From contig NC_058368.1 in assembly GCF_018350175.1 (NCBI RefSeq), positions 169,634,001-169,698,000 of the forward strand: a stretch of DNA of 64,000 nucleotides, read 5' to 3'. Shown here in pieces: positions 35,807-48,533 of this stretch. Below the pieces are notes generated by a model. That model searched no databases, had not been told where the DNA came from, and saw only the letters and a list, made by a program, of their open reading frames with translations. This DNA is from Felis catus. Its lineage: Eukaryota. The position numbers were made by a program, and so were the translations under genes. The stretch's first letter is position 1; every line of letters starts with the position of its first letter.

Positions 35807-35985
35807 CCCAAGCAGGGCCCATGCTATCAGTGCAGAGCCAGACTCTGGGCTCGATCTCACCAACCATGAGATCATGACCTGAGCTGAAATCAAGAACGGA
35901 TGCTTAACTGACTGAGTCACCCAGGTGCTCTGATGATAAATTTTATGTTAAATATATTTTACCACAATCTGCAATTAAAAAAAAT
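35041..35985 (+). mobile_element. L1MB-type LINE 3' end (end of ORF2 + 3' UTR), interrupted by a SINE
   Basis: ORF 'HLIPIRMATFKNSENDQCWKYIERLEPMCTIDGEVKWCSCYGKQCG' resembles the ORF2p C-terminal Cys domain; 3' UTR 'gtttcagttttgcaagatgaatagagttctggagattggttgtacaacaatgtgaat...ttttaccacaat'. Confidence 0.92.
35667..35930 (-). mobile_element. CanSINE with duplicated tail segment
   Basis: TSD gatgataaatttt (35654-35666 / 35932-35944); long (GA)n; head 'ttaactgactgagtcacccaggtgct'. Confidence 0.95.
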
Positions 35986-36584
35986 ACTTTAAAAAATTCC
36001 ATGTGCCTACTCTCAGAATCTCAAGGAACTGCTGGATTTAAACCTGTGCCCCAGAGTCTCTGTGACATCACACCTGCTATCTTCGGACTGACAGCTCTAG
36101 AAATGTGGACTGTTTGCCACAGCTAGTCCACCTTTCCTACCTACACTCCCAGCATAAGGACAGTCCCTTCCAAGTCCCCACACTCAGCCATAGTCAGGGC
36201 TTTGTTCTCCTGCTACTCTGGGACAAGGTTTGTACATATCTCCATTGGTCATCTACCCCCAAAGACCTTACTGGGAAACATCCATTTCTATCACTTGTAT
36301 CCAAGTTTTTCCTGGTGTAAATAAAAATGTGAATCCAGAACGTTCACCGGTCTAGCTTGTGTTTTCCCAGTATTTTACTGCCATTTTATTTGAAATGCTT
36401 GGTGTGGTACCTGTTGAAACAGTTGCTGGCCCCAGATCTCTTTTGTCAGAGACAAAATGTATCTAGAAAACAAAATTACTTTTTTATTTAAAATTATTTA
36501 CTAGTCAAAAAGTAGGAAAAAAGCTTGCAAATTTCATTGCTTTTAGAATGCCTTCCAGATAGGTCTAAATCATATCCACCCTTT

Positions 36585-36830
36585 AAGGTTCAGTTGAAAT
36601 GCCAAATGATTCTCTGAATCAGAAATGATCAATAACTTCCTCTTCTGAATTCCCATAACATTTTATCTGAAACTCTCTTAAGATATTTATACTTTTTATC
36701 CTAGGTAATGATTACCAATACATATCCATCTCCCTATAGAGTCTATGTAGTCTAGGATATCGTATTTCTGTGTTTCCCACAATGCCTGTGTATGAAGGAT
36801 GCTTAATATATATTTGCTGAACGTAAAATA
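36585..36830 (+). mobile_element. L2 3' fragment
   Basis: 'ccctttaaggttcagttgaaatgcc...cctcttctgaattcccataaca...tctccctatagag...cccacaatgcct...gcttaatatatatttgctgaa'. Confidence 0.55.
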
Positions 36831-37467
36831 TAGAAATCCTTGGAAAGGTTATGCTAACTTTGCAAGAACAAATTGAAAATGGCAACATTTCTGGTCCTGT
36901 AGCTCCTGGGTAGTGCAGATATCTTCAACCAAGGGTTGGTGGGTACCTTCTGGTTCTTCCCACATCACCCTCTCCAGGCAGCTGAGACTCAGAGGAAGCC
37001 TGATTCCAAGTGTGAAGTCGTTAATGAGACAAATGCAAAGTGATTTTGACCACTCATCCAAGTCACCATGGAATCTAATTAACAAGCGTGGTCTTGACCA
37101 ACACGTGAGAATAAGAGTTCACATGCATGCTAACATTGCCAGGGAGACCTTTCCGAGGAAAAAAAGAGTCTCGCTGAGTGACAAAAATGGTCATTTCACA
37201 GAGAGAAGCAGCCTGGTTGTTTTAATGGAGCACAGGCAGGGAAATCTGTTCAGTCTGAGAGACCCAGACTTAACTCTTTCAAGTGAACAACAAAGGACTC
37301 TCCAGCTTTCAAAATGCATTTCTTGTGTCTGGGGCTCTCTCCTAACTCATGCCCAAGGTCAGAGAAAGGACGGAGCATAAATGGAGTTACAAAAAAATGT
37401 ATTACCAATGCTGGTACTTTTCCCTTGGAGGTTAATTTCTGTTCAGAATTCTCTTCATGGAAGAACT

Positions 37468-37469
<2 letters not shown>

Positions 37470-37511
<42 letters not shown>

Positions 37512-37516
37512 ACACA
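37470..37516. repeat. (CA)n microsatellite
   Basis: About 23 AC units with one AT interruption. Confidence 0.98.
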
Positions 37517-38643
37517 AAATAGAATCAATGGAAACAGCATCCAAATTGCTCTTTCTCTGGGAAAGAGCTCTTGACAAACCCTTCCTGGGACACTCCACTG
37601 AGCAAGGCATTCTTGCTCTTCTCTTGTAATTAACAGGGTTATGCTTCCCTGAACCCTTACAAGCAGTCACATTACTCTGCCTTTCTACCAAGATCCTGAA
37701 GTTACTTTTAGTGCCTACCAAAAACAATGAATATGGAGAACAGGTGGTTCATGCCTTCTGGTGTACTGTATTTCCTGTGTAATCTCGAATAGCCAGGGAG
37801 TATGTGGATGAGTCCCCCAAACTGGCACCTCATAAAGCCTCTTCTGTATGGTATGTATATTTCCCCTTCATTAGCCAACTAAGTGGTGCTTGTATATGCA
37901 CAGTTTTCATTATTGTGCCATATTTATTTAAATGTCAACATAAGCAAAGTATAGAACATACATTTAGATACTGTTTTCTGCCGATAGGGATGTGCGTGGG
38001 AAGTGGAGAGCAAAATGATTAATAAAGAAATACAATGCCTAGAAAATGAAGGCAAGCACCTGCGTCCATTCTAGTTCCCTTTCTGTGGAGGAACCTGGTA
38101 GAAGCTTTCTTTCCTCAGGGATCTCAGCCATTTCCCACCCACCAGCCCAGCCCTTCTTTCACTCCCACATCAGATGTGCTTACAGACTTGAGGACTGGCT
38201 CTAGCTCTTCTGAATTCCTAAACCATATGTTTAAATTCTTTGTTTTGAAAAGTGCTGGGTGATTCTACCAGAGATATTGATTCTTACCCAAACTCTGCAG
38301 TAAGTGTTCCCCGTTTTGGGAGTGAAAATGATGATGGTCAGAGAGAGCCAATGTCGCCTGAGTAGAAACTGATTGCGTGATAGTCACAGAGCTGGGAAAG
38401 TGTTGTTCAGGTATGTCTTATGATCTAACATATTTGAGATGATCAAAAGGGTCTTGGGGATTTCCCAGTGGAAAATACAGAGGCTTTGGACTCAGTTTAT
38501 GTGGGAACTTCCATTTCTACCTTATGAATATTTTCTCCTTCAAAATTTGATCTGACTCCTGAAGGTAAGATAGTAATCCTGGAATGCTGCATTAATTAAT
38601 CTGTCTTTCACACAACATTAATTGAGCATCATCTATGTGCAGA

Positions 38644-39148
38644 TACAGTTCTCCAGATAAATAGAACTTATATATATATGTACATATTCATATATACGTA
38701 TATATTCATATATATATATGTATATGATTTCTAATAAAGAATTGGCTTAATTGGTTTCCCATGATTATGGAGGTGAAGAAATACCACTACCTGTTGTCTG
38801 CAAGCTGGAGACCCAGGAAAGCCAGCAGTGTAAATTCTAGTCTGAGTCCAAAGGTCTGAGAACCAGGAGTGCCTGATGGCCTAGGTCCCAGTCTAAGAAG
38901 ACTGCATCAGCTCAGCAGTCAGGTAGACTAAATTCAACTTCCTTCTGCCCTTTGTTCTATTTGGATCCTCAATGGGTTGGGTGGTGTCCACCCACAGTGG
39001 GGAGGACAATCTGCTTTATTCAGTCTACCAATGAATATGCTAATCTATTCTGGAAGCAACTTCACAGACACATCCAGGAATAATTTTTAACCAGGTACCT
39101 GGGCATCTCGTGGCCCAGTCAAGTTGACATATAAAATTAACCTTCACA
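38644..39148 (-). mobile_element. MLT2 (MLT2D-like) ERVL solo LTR with internal (TA)n
   Basis: 'gttctccaga...(TA)n...gaattggct...gattatggagg...tctgcaagctggagacccaggaaagcc...gcccagtcaagttgacatataaaattaaccttcaca'; 5-bp TSD-like gcaga/gcagg. Confidence 0.92.
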
Positions 39149-39399
39149 GCAGGTCTTTGTTCTAGGTACAAATAAATGAGATCTGGGCCTTATCCCCAAT
39201 GTACAAAACTACTAAAATCATTTCTCCCTTAAAGAGAGCCTATGGTGGGCTTTTGTTAGCTGGCTTTTGCTTGCTTCTTCCCGTTTACTTTACTCTCACC
39301 GGCCAGCTTGGAGTTACCTAGGTGAGTTGTACTCTCGCAAGCCTCTGAGAGGCACAAGCCATTTCCATGGAAGGGAGTGGCCTCCCTGCATTGTGTCCC

Positions 39400-39672
39400 C
39401 AACACACACTTACTCCTCAGACCTGAGCTCAGCAGCTACCCCCTCTGTAAAGCCTTCCTTGATTTCTTCAGCCAACTTTGGATGCTTCTTCTCCAATGCT
39501 CTCCTAACATTTTGTACATACAATCTCATAAGCTCATGTCAAGAAATATGTCTCACCGCAAAACCATAAGCTCTTTGAGAGCAGAGACCACATATTCTTA
39601 TTTCTCTATCCCCATTATCTTCCCCAGTGACTTGGTAGGTGCTCAACAAATGTTGATGGTTGAATAAATACA
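39400..39672 (+). mobile_element. L2 3' fragment
   Basis: 'tactcctcagacctgagctcag...tgtaaagccttccttga...taagctctttgagagcagagacca...ggtaggtgctcaacaaatgttgatggttgaataaat'. Confidence 0.75.
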
Positions 39673-39719
39673 TAATTAAATGTAGAAAATGATTAATGCT
39701 CGAAGAGAGGTACTGATAA

Positions 39720-39915
39720 GTGGCAGCCATTGTTTGTTGAATGCTTACTCTACATCAGGCATCGTGCTAAGCTTTTTGTGTTCATTACGTCATTGTTATT
39801 TCCCATGTTATAGACAAGGAAACTGAGCTTGGAGAGCTTCATTGTCTTACCTGATTTAACATGGCTAAAAGTGACAGAGTAAGATTTGCACTCAGGCCTG
39901 TCTGGTTGCTCTTAA
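39720..39915 (-). mobile_element. MIR
   Basis: 'tttgttgaatgcttactctacatcaggcatcgtgctaagc...cccatgttatagacaaggaaactgagcttggagag...aagtgacagagtaagatttgcactcaggcctgtctg'. Confidence 0.8.
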
Positions 39916-41959
39916 CGGCCACGTGGTGTTGTCCTCATTGGGATCGAGCTGACCCATGAAAGTGAGCCTATAATTTAGAATGCTGTGGCTCGTTTTAAAC
40001 GCAGCAATCAAACCCATGCGTACCACTACAAGTGTATTGCCCATTATTTCCAAGTCTGACCTATAGCCTCAGATGATGGTTTCAGGAGGAAACAAAACCC
40101 TGGAGCTGAATAAGCAGAGAGCAGGCAGTGCCTCTTCTTAGAAGTTAGGTCACTGAGTAATGCACAGTGTTTAATTGATGCCTGATCAAATGCAAATCTC
40201 ATTTGAATGTGGAAATTAAAGTTCTCTACAGTGAACTCTGAGGGATTTTGTCAACATGAGATAACTCTCTTCCAAGATAATGACTAAATTTAATCTCACA
40301 TAAGCCCGATAACAGGCAATTCTCCTGACAGCCGTGGAGCTGCTGGGCTGGTGTGCGCGTGGAGAGGAGCTGAGGGGTGCACAGAAGTCTTGGAGTGTGG
40401 TAGTGGGAGGGAAGTGGTGAGCAGACAACAGAGCAGTTTTAAGAAAAAGAAGGTCCAAGTCAAAGAGGTCTGGCTGGGCCTCTTAGGGCAAAAAGCTCTG
40501 TCAAAGGTGCACACAAAGACACTATTGACGTCTTAAGAGGCATTTTTGGATGTGTTCATTTCTATTTTTTTCTATCTCATTTTTTTTTTAATGCTTATGT
40601 TTCTCTTCCCCAACAATTCTGCCCTTGAGAATTGGTTTCTTCTCCTCAGAACAAAATAAAAGATAAAATATTTCCTCACTTCATACCCCAGTCTAGAAAC
40701 ACTTGAGCCTAAACATTTACTGTCCATGATGGATTTGGTACTGATAAATTTGTCAATGACTGAGGTCCCAGAGCCTTCTAAAATTATTTAAAAAAAAAAA
40801 AAATCCAAGTCCTCTTATTTGGACTCTGCTAGAATCCGACTTGGAATGGATTTTCTTTCTTTCTCTTCCTCCTCAACCACTGCAAGTGATCATGTTCTCC
40901 AAGGCCCATGACAGTCCCTGCCCCTTGCTTTCTGGGGCATATAGAAGGCAGGACTGTTGATAAGCCACAGTCAGGGGCATGCCTGTGTGGGTCCTGGAGA
41001 GTATGGTGGGGGTAGGGATTTTTGTCCTTCTGTTGTATAAGACTTTTTACCTGTGAGGGTCTACACAGCTAGCTTCGACCAGAGCTTCGTTGCAAAACCT
41101 CATTTCAAATTTCCCCAGCTCTCTCTCAATGGGGTCTGGCCCTCCCAGGACACTCAAGGTCATTTCTAGTCATTACTGGCCACCTGCGGTCCATCCCTGC
41201 AACTGCAGGAGGTTCATGGTCCTGTCACCATCTCTTGCAGTTCATAGGGGCCAGATAAGGCCTTTGGCTGCCAAGGCGAGAGACCCAGAACAGCTCCACA
41301 GTTGGGACTAAAGAAAGATGCTACAGTTATGGATTGGAAGCCACCACTGTTGTATCACTGACTCCCTCACTGAGGGGAGGATTACACAGAAATAGACAGC
41401 AGGAACATCCATATGGACAAGGCTTGCCAGGCCTCTGTTGGCTGACCAAGATCCCCTTTTTCTGACCTTTGGGAATGACAGAGTGCTGTGTTCTCTTGAC
41501 TCAGAGCATGAATGGGAAGGGACTGCGAAACCATGCCCTGGGATGTGTATTGTCACTGTTTTATTTATTTTTCCTTCTAATCAACCATGCAGTCCAAGAG
41601 TGTGCTGAACTGATTTGGACTCAAGGAGCTAATGATGCAGAGGGATGCAGTGATAACACAGGCATAGTACTTGAGAACAACAGAAAGGAGTCTCAGATGA
41701 CTGCAGAATTATGTGCAGCTGTCTGAAAAGATTGTAGGAGGAGACCTGAAGTCTCCAGTAGGTAGCTAAGACAGGCTTTAAGAAAAAGTAAGTAAAGCTT
41801 GGTCTTAGGGAATGCGCCAGATTTGAGTAGGGGGAGGGAAGGACGTCCTCAGAGTCAAGAACAAAGGGGGAGGTTATAGGAAGCATTTGTTCAATGTTCA
41901 AGAAAAGTGGAACAATTCTAAGCCACAGAAGGACAGGCTGTGAGGGTCTTTGACTGTGC

Positions 41960-42420
41960 ACTGAGTTCCCGAGGGCACCCTTGTTCAAGGCAAATCAAGT
42001 GTGAATCTCCCGCATGTCAAGGGTCCGCGAGGTGACCCCCTCAAGGTCACTAAGCAGCCATGGTGCCAGATTGCCGTGTGTATCCACACAGTCGAGGGCT
42101 CACAGCACTGCTCTCTTAACCATCTTGCTTTTGCTCTCACTCGTAACCTCTTTGAAGCCTGCCAAAACACAGGTGTGCTTTTGTTTTGATTACAAACTCC
42201 GTGAGCTGCTGGTGGGACTTTCTGAACCAGGAGGCGGCTGTTGCTTCCGCAGCTGCTTGTGTCCTTCAAAGAGGGGAGGCCTGAGCTGTTGGTGGGGGAG
42301 GGGAGCCTTTGGCTTCAGTGGTTGAGGTGGGAGGTGCCTTTTCCACGGTTGCTCCCCACCCCCCTCCCTTTGGAAGCGAAGTCTGCCCGCCCCTTTCAGA
42401 GAAGATGGTGAGTTTCCTTC
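41960..42420. promoter_or_regulatory. Candidate cis-regulatory element (CpG-enriched, TF motif cluster)
   Basis: About a dozen CpGs in ~450 bp of non-repeat DNA; TCAAGGTCA (42041-42049), CTTTGAA (42150-42156), TTCAAAG (42265-42271), GCAGCTGC, CCCCACCC and GCCCGCCCC boxes. Function is inferred only. Confidence 0.4.
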
Positions 42421-43529
42421 TTGTCCCCAATGGCTCTGCACACTGCCAAGGGCTGACAGGAGGTCGTGGCTGCTTTCAGCTGAGCATTAGCCCTAATGGG
42501 TTTGGCAGGATTTTAAAATAATCAAAACAAAGCAGGTAGAAAGGTCTGAAGGGGGAGGGGATATGGTGACTGCCTGAGCTCAGATCACAGGATCTGCCCT
42601 GCAGCCTGGGCCCAGAAGAGTTCCAAGGCCCGATGCCAAGGGTCTGAGCTGAATAGAAATCCGGAGTGGCTTTATCAGAGAAATTAGTCTGTGATTAGAG
42701 CTGAAAAGAGTCACAAGTCTTAACTTGTATTTAGCACTCCAAGGATAAGGTGTCCTGTGTGGTACTGATGGCTCAGGCAGTCTGCAGAATGAATGGGGAG
42801 GCTTATCCAGGAATTAGGGTGGAGGAAAGCCGGGGCAAGACGGGCCGGTGGGGAATGGGGGTGCCTTGGAGAAATCTGTGAGTGGACACGCTCGGGCTTT
42901 GCTTGGGGAGTTTTCAGTCCAGTGATCAGATCCTAGAATATGTGTTAGAGGTAAGGAGAAACAAAACTTTAACCAGGTTTGGTATTGAGCTTTCAATAAC
43001 ATTGGAATAGTGTACAAAGTATCTTTGAAAGAAAGAACAGGCCTCTGGAGTGGTAGAGAGGAAGGGAGTTACCCACCTATCTTTCCTTCTGGCTCTGCGG
43101 CCGGAGGACTGTGTTCTAGCCACAGGCACTGAAGCCTGCAGCTTTCAGGTGTGACCCACTGCCCATTGTAGTGATGTGGCCTAGCTTCTTTGTCCTTGAC
43201 CCCAGGGCACAGCTCAGGGACACTTCAGTGGATCCGTAATAAGTTATAGTTTGAGAACAGCCAGGGAGAGATGCAGTTGTGAACAGCGATCTCTGGCTTT
43301 GCTCTCACTTCTGCCAGAGGCTCTCTCCTTCATCCTTGGTGCCTGTCTTCTAGCTCTGCGTGCTTCTGGCAAAGGCAGAGCGTTGAAAAGATTCTTTCAG
43401 AGCCAGCAGGAGGATCTGGCTCTGAAACGGGCCAGGTACTGGTCAGGCCAGGCGGTGGGCAGGTTCCCAGCCCAGCATGGCCCCGAAGTCTGGACTGGGC
43501 CTTGCCCTCACTTGGCCAGAGGGCTTCCT

Positions 43530-44060
43530 CAAAGTTCGTTTTGATTGCACACAAAGCAGGCAAAATGGTGGACTGATGCTAAGAAAATGGGGCTATTGCC
43601 TGAAACCAAAGGGAAGAACGTGTGGCTAGGCTTGGGCCCAGGGCTGGCAGGGACTAGCACCTGGAAAACGTTCAGAAAGCAACACAATTTCTTTCTCTTT
43701 GTTTCACTCTGGGACTTGCCAGACTCCGGCTCTCCACATGCCATTATGTATCTGCTTTATTTTTCTCTCACTGCACTAACATTAGCTATTTCTTCAAGCA
43801 CATGGCAGAAGATGGCCGCCTCTTAGCTCCTAATTTTGCAAAACCCTCGGTTGAGCTGGTCGTCACAGAAATTCTGAAGTCACAGAAAGGAATCCGATTA
43901 ATTTAAGATTAAGTCAGAGCAGGTTAAAGTGTTGGGAGGGAGGGATATGGTCATTGCCTCAGTTCTGATTGTATGTCTAGTAGCCTGGGGCCAGAGCAGC
44001 TCCAAGGCTATGATCATAGGTTGGTGGGACAAGGTAGAGAGAATGGTGGGGGAGGGGAGT
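43530..44060 (-). mobile_element. Old MLT1-type LTR (decayed)
   Basis: 'ttttgattgcacacaaagcagg...tctgctttatttttctctcactgc...cacatggcagaagatggccgcc...atggtcattgcctcag'; subfamily uncertain. Confidence 0.4.
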
Positions 44061-44134
44061 GGTACTAGAGAGAATGTCATAAAATATTAACATGCTTGCC
44101 TGGACCCTTATTCACTAGGGCTCAGAGATGTGTA

Positions 44135-44136
<2 letters not shown>

Positions 44137-44208
<72 letters not shown>
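44137..44208. repeat. Compound (TG)n(AG)n microsatellite
   Basis: About 19 TG units followed directly by about 17 AG units. Confidence 0.98.
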
Positions 44209-44212
<4 letters not shown>

Positions 44213-45214
44213 CTTATGGTTGGATGGAAACCTCCAGCGTATCTACCACATCAGATAGATAACCAGATAGAGAGAGGAAAGTTGGATCCACCTTTTATCT
44301 AGAAATTTCTTTTCTTTTTTCTTTTTCTTTTTTTTTTTTTTTTAGGCACCTTTCTGCTTTGTACATCAGCAAAGTACCACATTAACATGGCCCTTCTGAA
44401 TCTGGAGATTTTGTCCCAGATTATGTAATCATCCTCTGTCTTCCCTGGGTGGATAAACTGATGTATGCTGGGGAGTCTTTTGTGAATTTACATTTCCTTT
44501 AATATGCATTGGGCACAGATGGTTACCAGGTTGTCTCCGATCCATAAGTCTTCTTTCATCAAGGGCTGATCAGAATTTAGTGCAAGCAGGTTTAAAGGGA
44601 CAAGCTTTTAGGCTTGGAAATGTGCATATAAATAAAAATGTTGCTGTAGCGGCTCCATTGTTAATGAAAGAAAAATGATCCATGTCCTCTTCTGGGATAA
44701 CGGAGTCTCTGAATATATTTATTTCAAGATTTAGGTGCTGGGGGGACTGGCCACAAATCACAGAGCAACCATTAATGAGCCTCTGTCCCTACCTGTTAAG
44801 CTTATTAACTGCCTGTTACCTACAGTTCTATATCCCACCTGGGGAACAAAATGGATGCTTTGGCAATACTATGGCTGAAAAATACAGAAGTTAATCAAAA
44901 GCACAGGGGGGGCCTGGAAATGCAATCAGAAGACGTGTGCTGTCTGAGATTACTGGGGGACCTGAGGGTTCTTGGGAGGAAGCTTTCGATGCTGTCTGAT
45001 CTGAGATTTAGCTAATTAAACCTACCGTCCTTAAGCCAGTGTCTCCGCACTCAGTGCATGCGGAGGACATGAAAGGCACAGTCCCTGCCCTCAAGGAACC
45101 TGCATGCTAATTGGGTGGGCATGCTCTACATACCTGAATCAGAGGGATTCTGATGGAAAGCAAGTTCAGGGCAGTTATGCAGTCTATGTGAATAAGTATT
45201 AATGTGATAAAACT

Positions 45215-45375
45215 AAGAGAGTGTGGTCTAGTGGAAAAAGCCCTTAGCTGGGACAGAGGAGACTTGGGGTTTTGCTCCAGTTCTACCACATGACAGTGTC
45301 TGCGCTATTTATTCATGCTCTCCCAGTCTCACTTTTCTCATTGAGAAAATAAGAGTTTGAACATTGTCATTGCTA
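45215..45375 (+). mobile_element. MIR/MIR3 fragment
   Basis: 'gtgtggtctagtggaaaaagcccttagctgggacagaggagacttggggttttgctccagttctacca...gtctcacttttctcattgagaaaataagagtttg'. Confidence 0.7.
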
Positions 45376-45521
45376 AAGAGTATTCATGTAACGGATCATG
45401 TATCCATGAGACAGGAGTAGGGACAGAAAATTGCTCAGAGGAAGGGAGTCTTGATTTGAGCATTTAGCAGAATGTAGGATTTAATTTATAGAGATGAAGG
45501 AAGAGCCATTCTTAGAGATAC

Positions 45522-45623
45522 TTTTTTTTTCTTTAAAGGAGGCTCCTTGCCCAACGTAGGGCTTGAACTCACAACCCTTAATTAAGGGTCATGTGCTCTA
45601 CCGGCTGGCTAGCCAGGTGCCCC
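45522..45623 (-). mobile_element. Short tRNA-like ancestral CanSINE (SINEC_old-like)
   Basis: Reverse complement 'ggggcacctggctagccagccggtagagcacatgaccc...gggttgtgagttcaagccctacgttgggcaaggagcctcctttaaag(A)n'. Confidence 0.85.
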
Positions 45624-47461
45624 CTTCTATGCATCAAACCTAGAGGTAGGTGTGTGTGTGCAGAGGTGAGCGCAGGAGGGGAGTGGATACATGTTACAGG
45701 CAGAGATGGGCAGAGCCAATTAGGAGGATGGGCAATGCAGATTTCAACACTGGAACCGATGGCTATGTTCTTTAACACATTTTTTAATCTTCCCAGTCGC
45801 TTCCCCACTTTAAGGCAAGGTTCTTTCTACTAATAGCAGCAGCAGTCTTTTGTAAGTAATTTGAAGGCAGAGATAAATACTGAAAACTAAAAAGCCTTCA
45901 CTCCATGATTAATTAACGGAATCATCTCAAATTTAGAAAATTGCTTAAATAAAGGAAGACACAAAATTGCATCAGTGTGCCTCCATATGTTAATTATGGC
46001 TATTTTTCCTTGTTTCTCTGCTGCTGCTACAGCCATGTCCCATCTATCACTTGGTTTCAGGCGTCATGATCAATTGACTGTACCATAAACAACATGTTGC
46101 ACATGTGGCAAATGATAACATCATTTGACTCGACACAGGCCAAAAAAAAACCTCCCATGTTTTCATCCTTCCAGTCCCTCAGAAGAGAAAAAGGACAGCC
46201 TTGAATTAATTCCTTACTTATTGAGTCAAGTAGACATTTTTTGCAGACTTACTGGGGTAAAGAAGGGACACCCAGCCGCCCACAGAACTAGACCCACTAG
46301 ATGGGAGCTCCAGAAAGGAAATCTGTGCCTTACAGTGCCCGGCACATAGTAGGCACTCAGTTGCTCTATGTTAACCAAATCACCACTCATTATTTTAGTT
46401 TCTCTGATAGGTGATAAACTTTGTAAAGAATTAATATTCATCACCAGAAGAGATGTTTTTACTCCCGCAGAGAGCAAATCTTTTGCTTGTTGAAAATAAG
46501 TCATATTGAAGATCTCATAAGGACCTCCATTTAACTGACACCCAACTCAGGGATTTCACCAGTGGACTTCCGTTTCGTCTCTAATACATGGTGACTGAAG
46601 CTTGTGAATACATATAGCCAGGTGCCACGCAGAATTATGCCCTTATGCTTCTTCTGCTCCGCTAGCTGTATGCCTATATGCTTACCAAGAGCCAGTTATG
46701 TTTGCTTCTGAATCTCTTCCATCTACTTGGCCTTAGATTGTAGTTCTAGAATTCAGTTAAGTATTACATCAACTGATGATATCTTTAGGGAAAGTGAGTT
46801 TCCCCTCTGAAAAATAAATGGAACATTCTAGAGGAATTCAATAAAGTCAGGTTTAAAAGTCTATGAAATTAGTGGGCACGATGCCTGTAAATGATTGAAA
46901 ATAAGTAAACATCTAAGAGAAATACGCTTTCAACTTTTAAAGAAACTAAGTCTAGCAATAATTGACGTAGGGGCTGTGTGAGTGTGCTCGATGCAAGAAA
47001 GACAATATGCAGCTCCAATTGGCAAACACCCACTCAAAGAAGTACACTTAAAGTTTCATGGGAAAAGAAATACTTAAACCATGTATGTATACTTTTTGGA
47101 AATGGTTTGCTGCCTTCCTAAACTTTTTATAATTAGCCAGTCAGCAATTTTTTTCTGATTGGTAGGTAGCCTAGGAATTCGACTAAAGAACAAATTAGTA
47201 AATTCAAAAAGAATTGAGGGCACACGAGATCAGCAGTCTAGGTTTACAGTGAAAGCACAATGACTGATGGTCATACCCTTGGAGACAGAAACACTATGGG
47301 AGCTTAGCCAAGCACCCCCAAGGGAAGTGTGACCCAGGCCAGCGGGCCTTTCATGGAAGGGGATGGTGCCTTCAATAACAAATCTCTCTTGCAATCACCT
47401 TGTTGTCTTAGAATCTCTTGCTTTCTCTTTTTTCCCTTTTCGTGCAATGTTTTACAGAAAT

Positions 47462-48385
47462 GTTTTATTTTGCAAAATTTTCCAACTTAATGGAAAAATT
47501 CAAGTATAATGTATTGAACTTTATATACCCTTTGCCTAGATTCACAAGTGTTAACATTTTGCAGTCGTTGCTTTGTTTCTCTCTTTCTACAGAACCTCCC
47601 ACCACACTTCTGCTCTTTCTCTCCCCTCCTTCTTTCTCCTCCTCTTCTTTCTTCTTATGAAACTTGCCAAGAGTTTGAGATGCCATGGCATTGGCCTCTG
47701 AATAGTTCTGTGTGTATCTCTTAAGAACAAGAATATTCTTTTACTTACTCATCATACAATGATCAGATTCAGGAAGCTTAACACTGATATAATATTGCCT
47801 AATATACAATTCATATTTAGATCTCATCTCTTACACCATGTTTTCTTGATCCATGGTCAAATCTAAGAAAATTCACTGTACTCATTGGTCACTTTTAATC
47901 TGGAATAGTTCCTTAGCCTTTAGTTGTCTCTCAAAGCTTTTACATTTTGAAAAACTACCTAGACAGTTGTTTTGTACAATGCTTCCTTGATTTGTGTTTC
48001 TCTGACTCCTCATGATTACTGTTAAGTTATGAATTTTTTTGCAGGAATACTACGTAAGTAATATTGTGTCTATCCTATTGCATCATACCAGGAGGCACAT
48101 CATGTCACTTTGTCTCATTATTGGTGATGTTAGCTTGGATTGTGTGGTTATGAGGCATCCACTGTAAAGTTGCCACTTTTTTCTTTCTAGTTGCTTAAAT
48201 AAAGTATTTGGAAACTGTATAACTATCCTGTTTCTTATCAAATGTTCACCCAACTGTTTTATCATCCTATGATCATTCTTGTCTGAGTCAGTTATTATTT
48301 TGGTTCCCAAATACTGTCCCTGTTTCTTTCTACCTTCTAAATTACTTGCTAGAAATCGGATGTGAGGATGAGGAAAAACACTATA
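47462..48385 (-). mobile_element. L1MC-type LINE 3' UTR fragment
   Basis: 'ttttattttgcaaaattttccaactta...cctagattcacaagtgttaacattttgc...tatctcttaagaacaagaatattctttta...ttttaatctggaatagttcc...gcaggaatactacgtaagt...catcataccaggaggcacat'. Confidence 0.85.
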
Positions 48386-48533
48386 TCCCTTCCCCAAGCC
48401 CCAGTTGTCTAGTGAAGCAAAAATGTCTCATAGCACGGCATCTTCTTTTATTACTTTATTATGCTGAAGGAGTGTCTGTCTGCTCCCCAGTCTTGACTTA
48501 CTTCTTTGCTTCATTTATTTATTAAAATTTTTT

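Noticed and set aside
45522..45623. tRNA-like sequence
   Set aside because: CanSINE head (ggggcacctgg) with an A tail and decayed stems; a SINE rather than a tRNA gene
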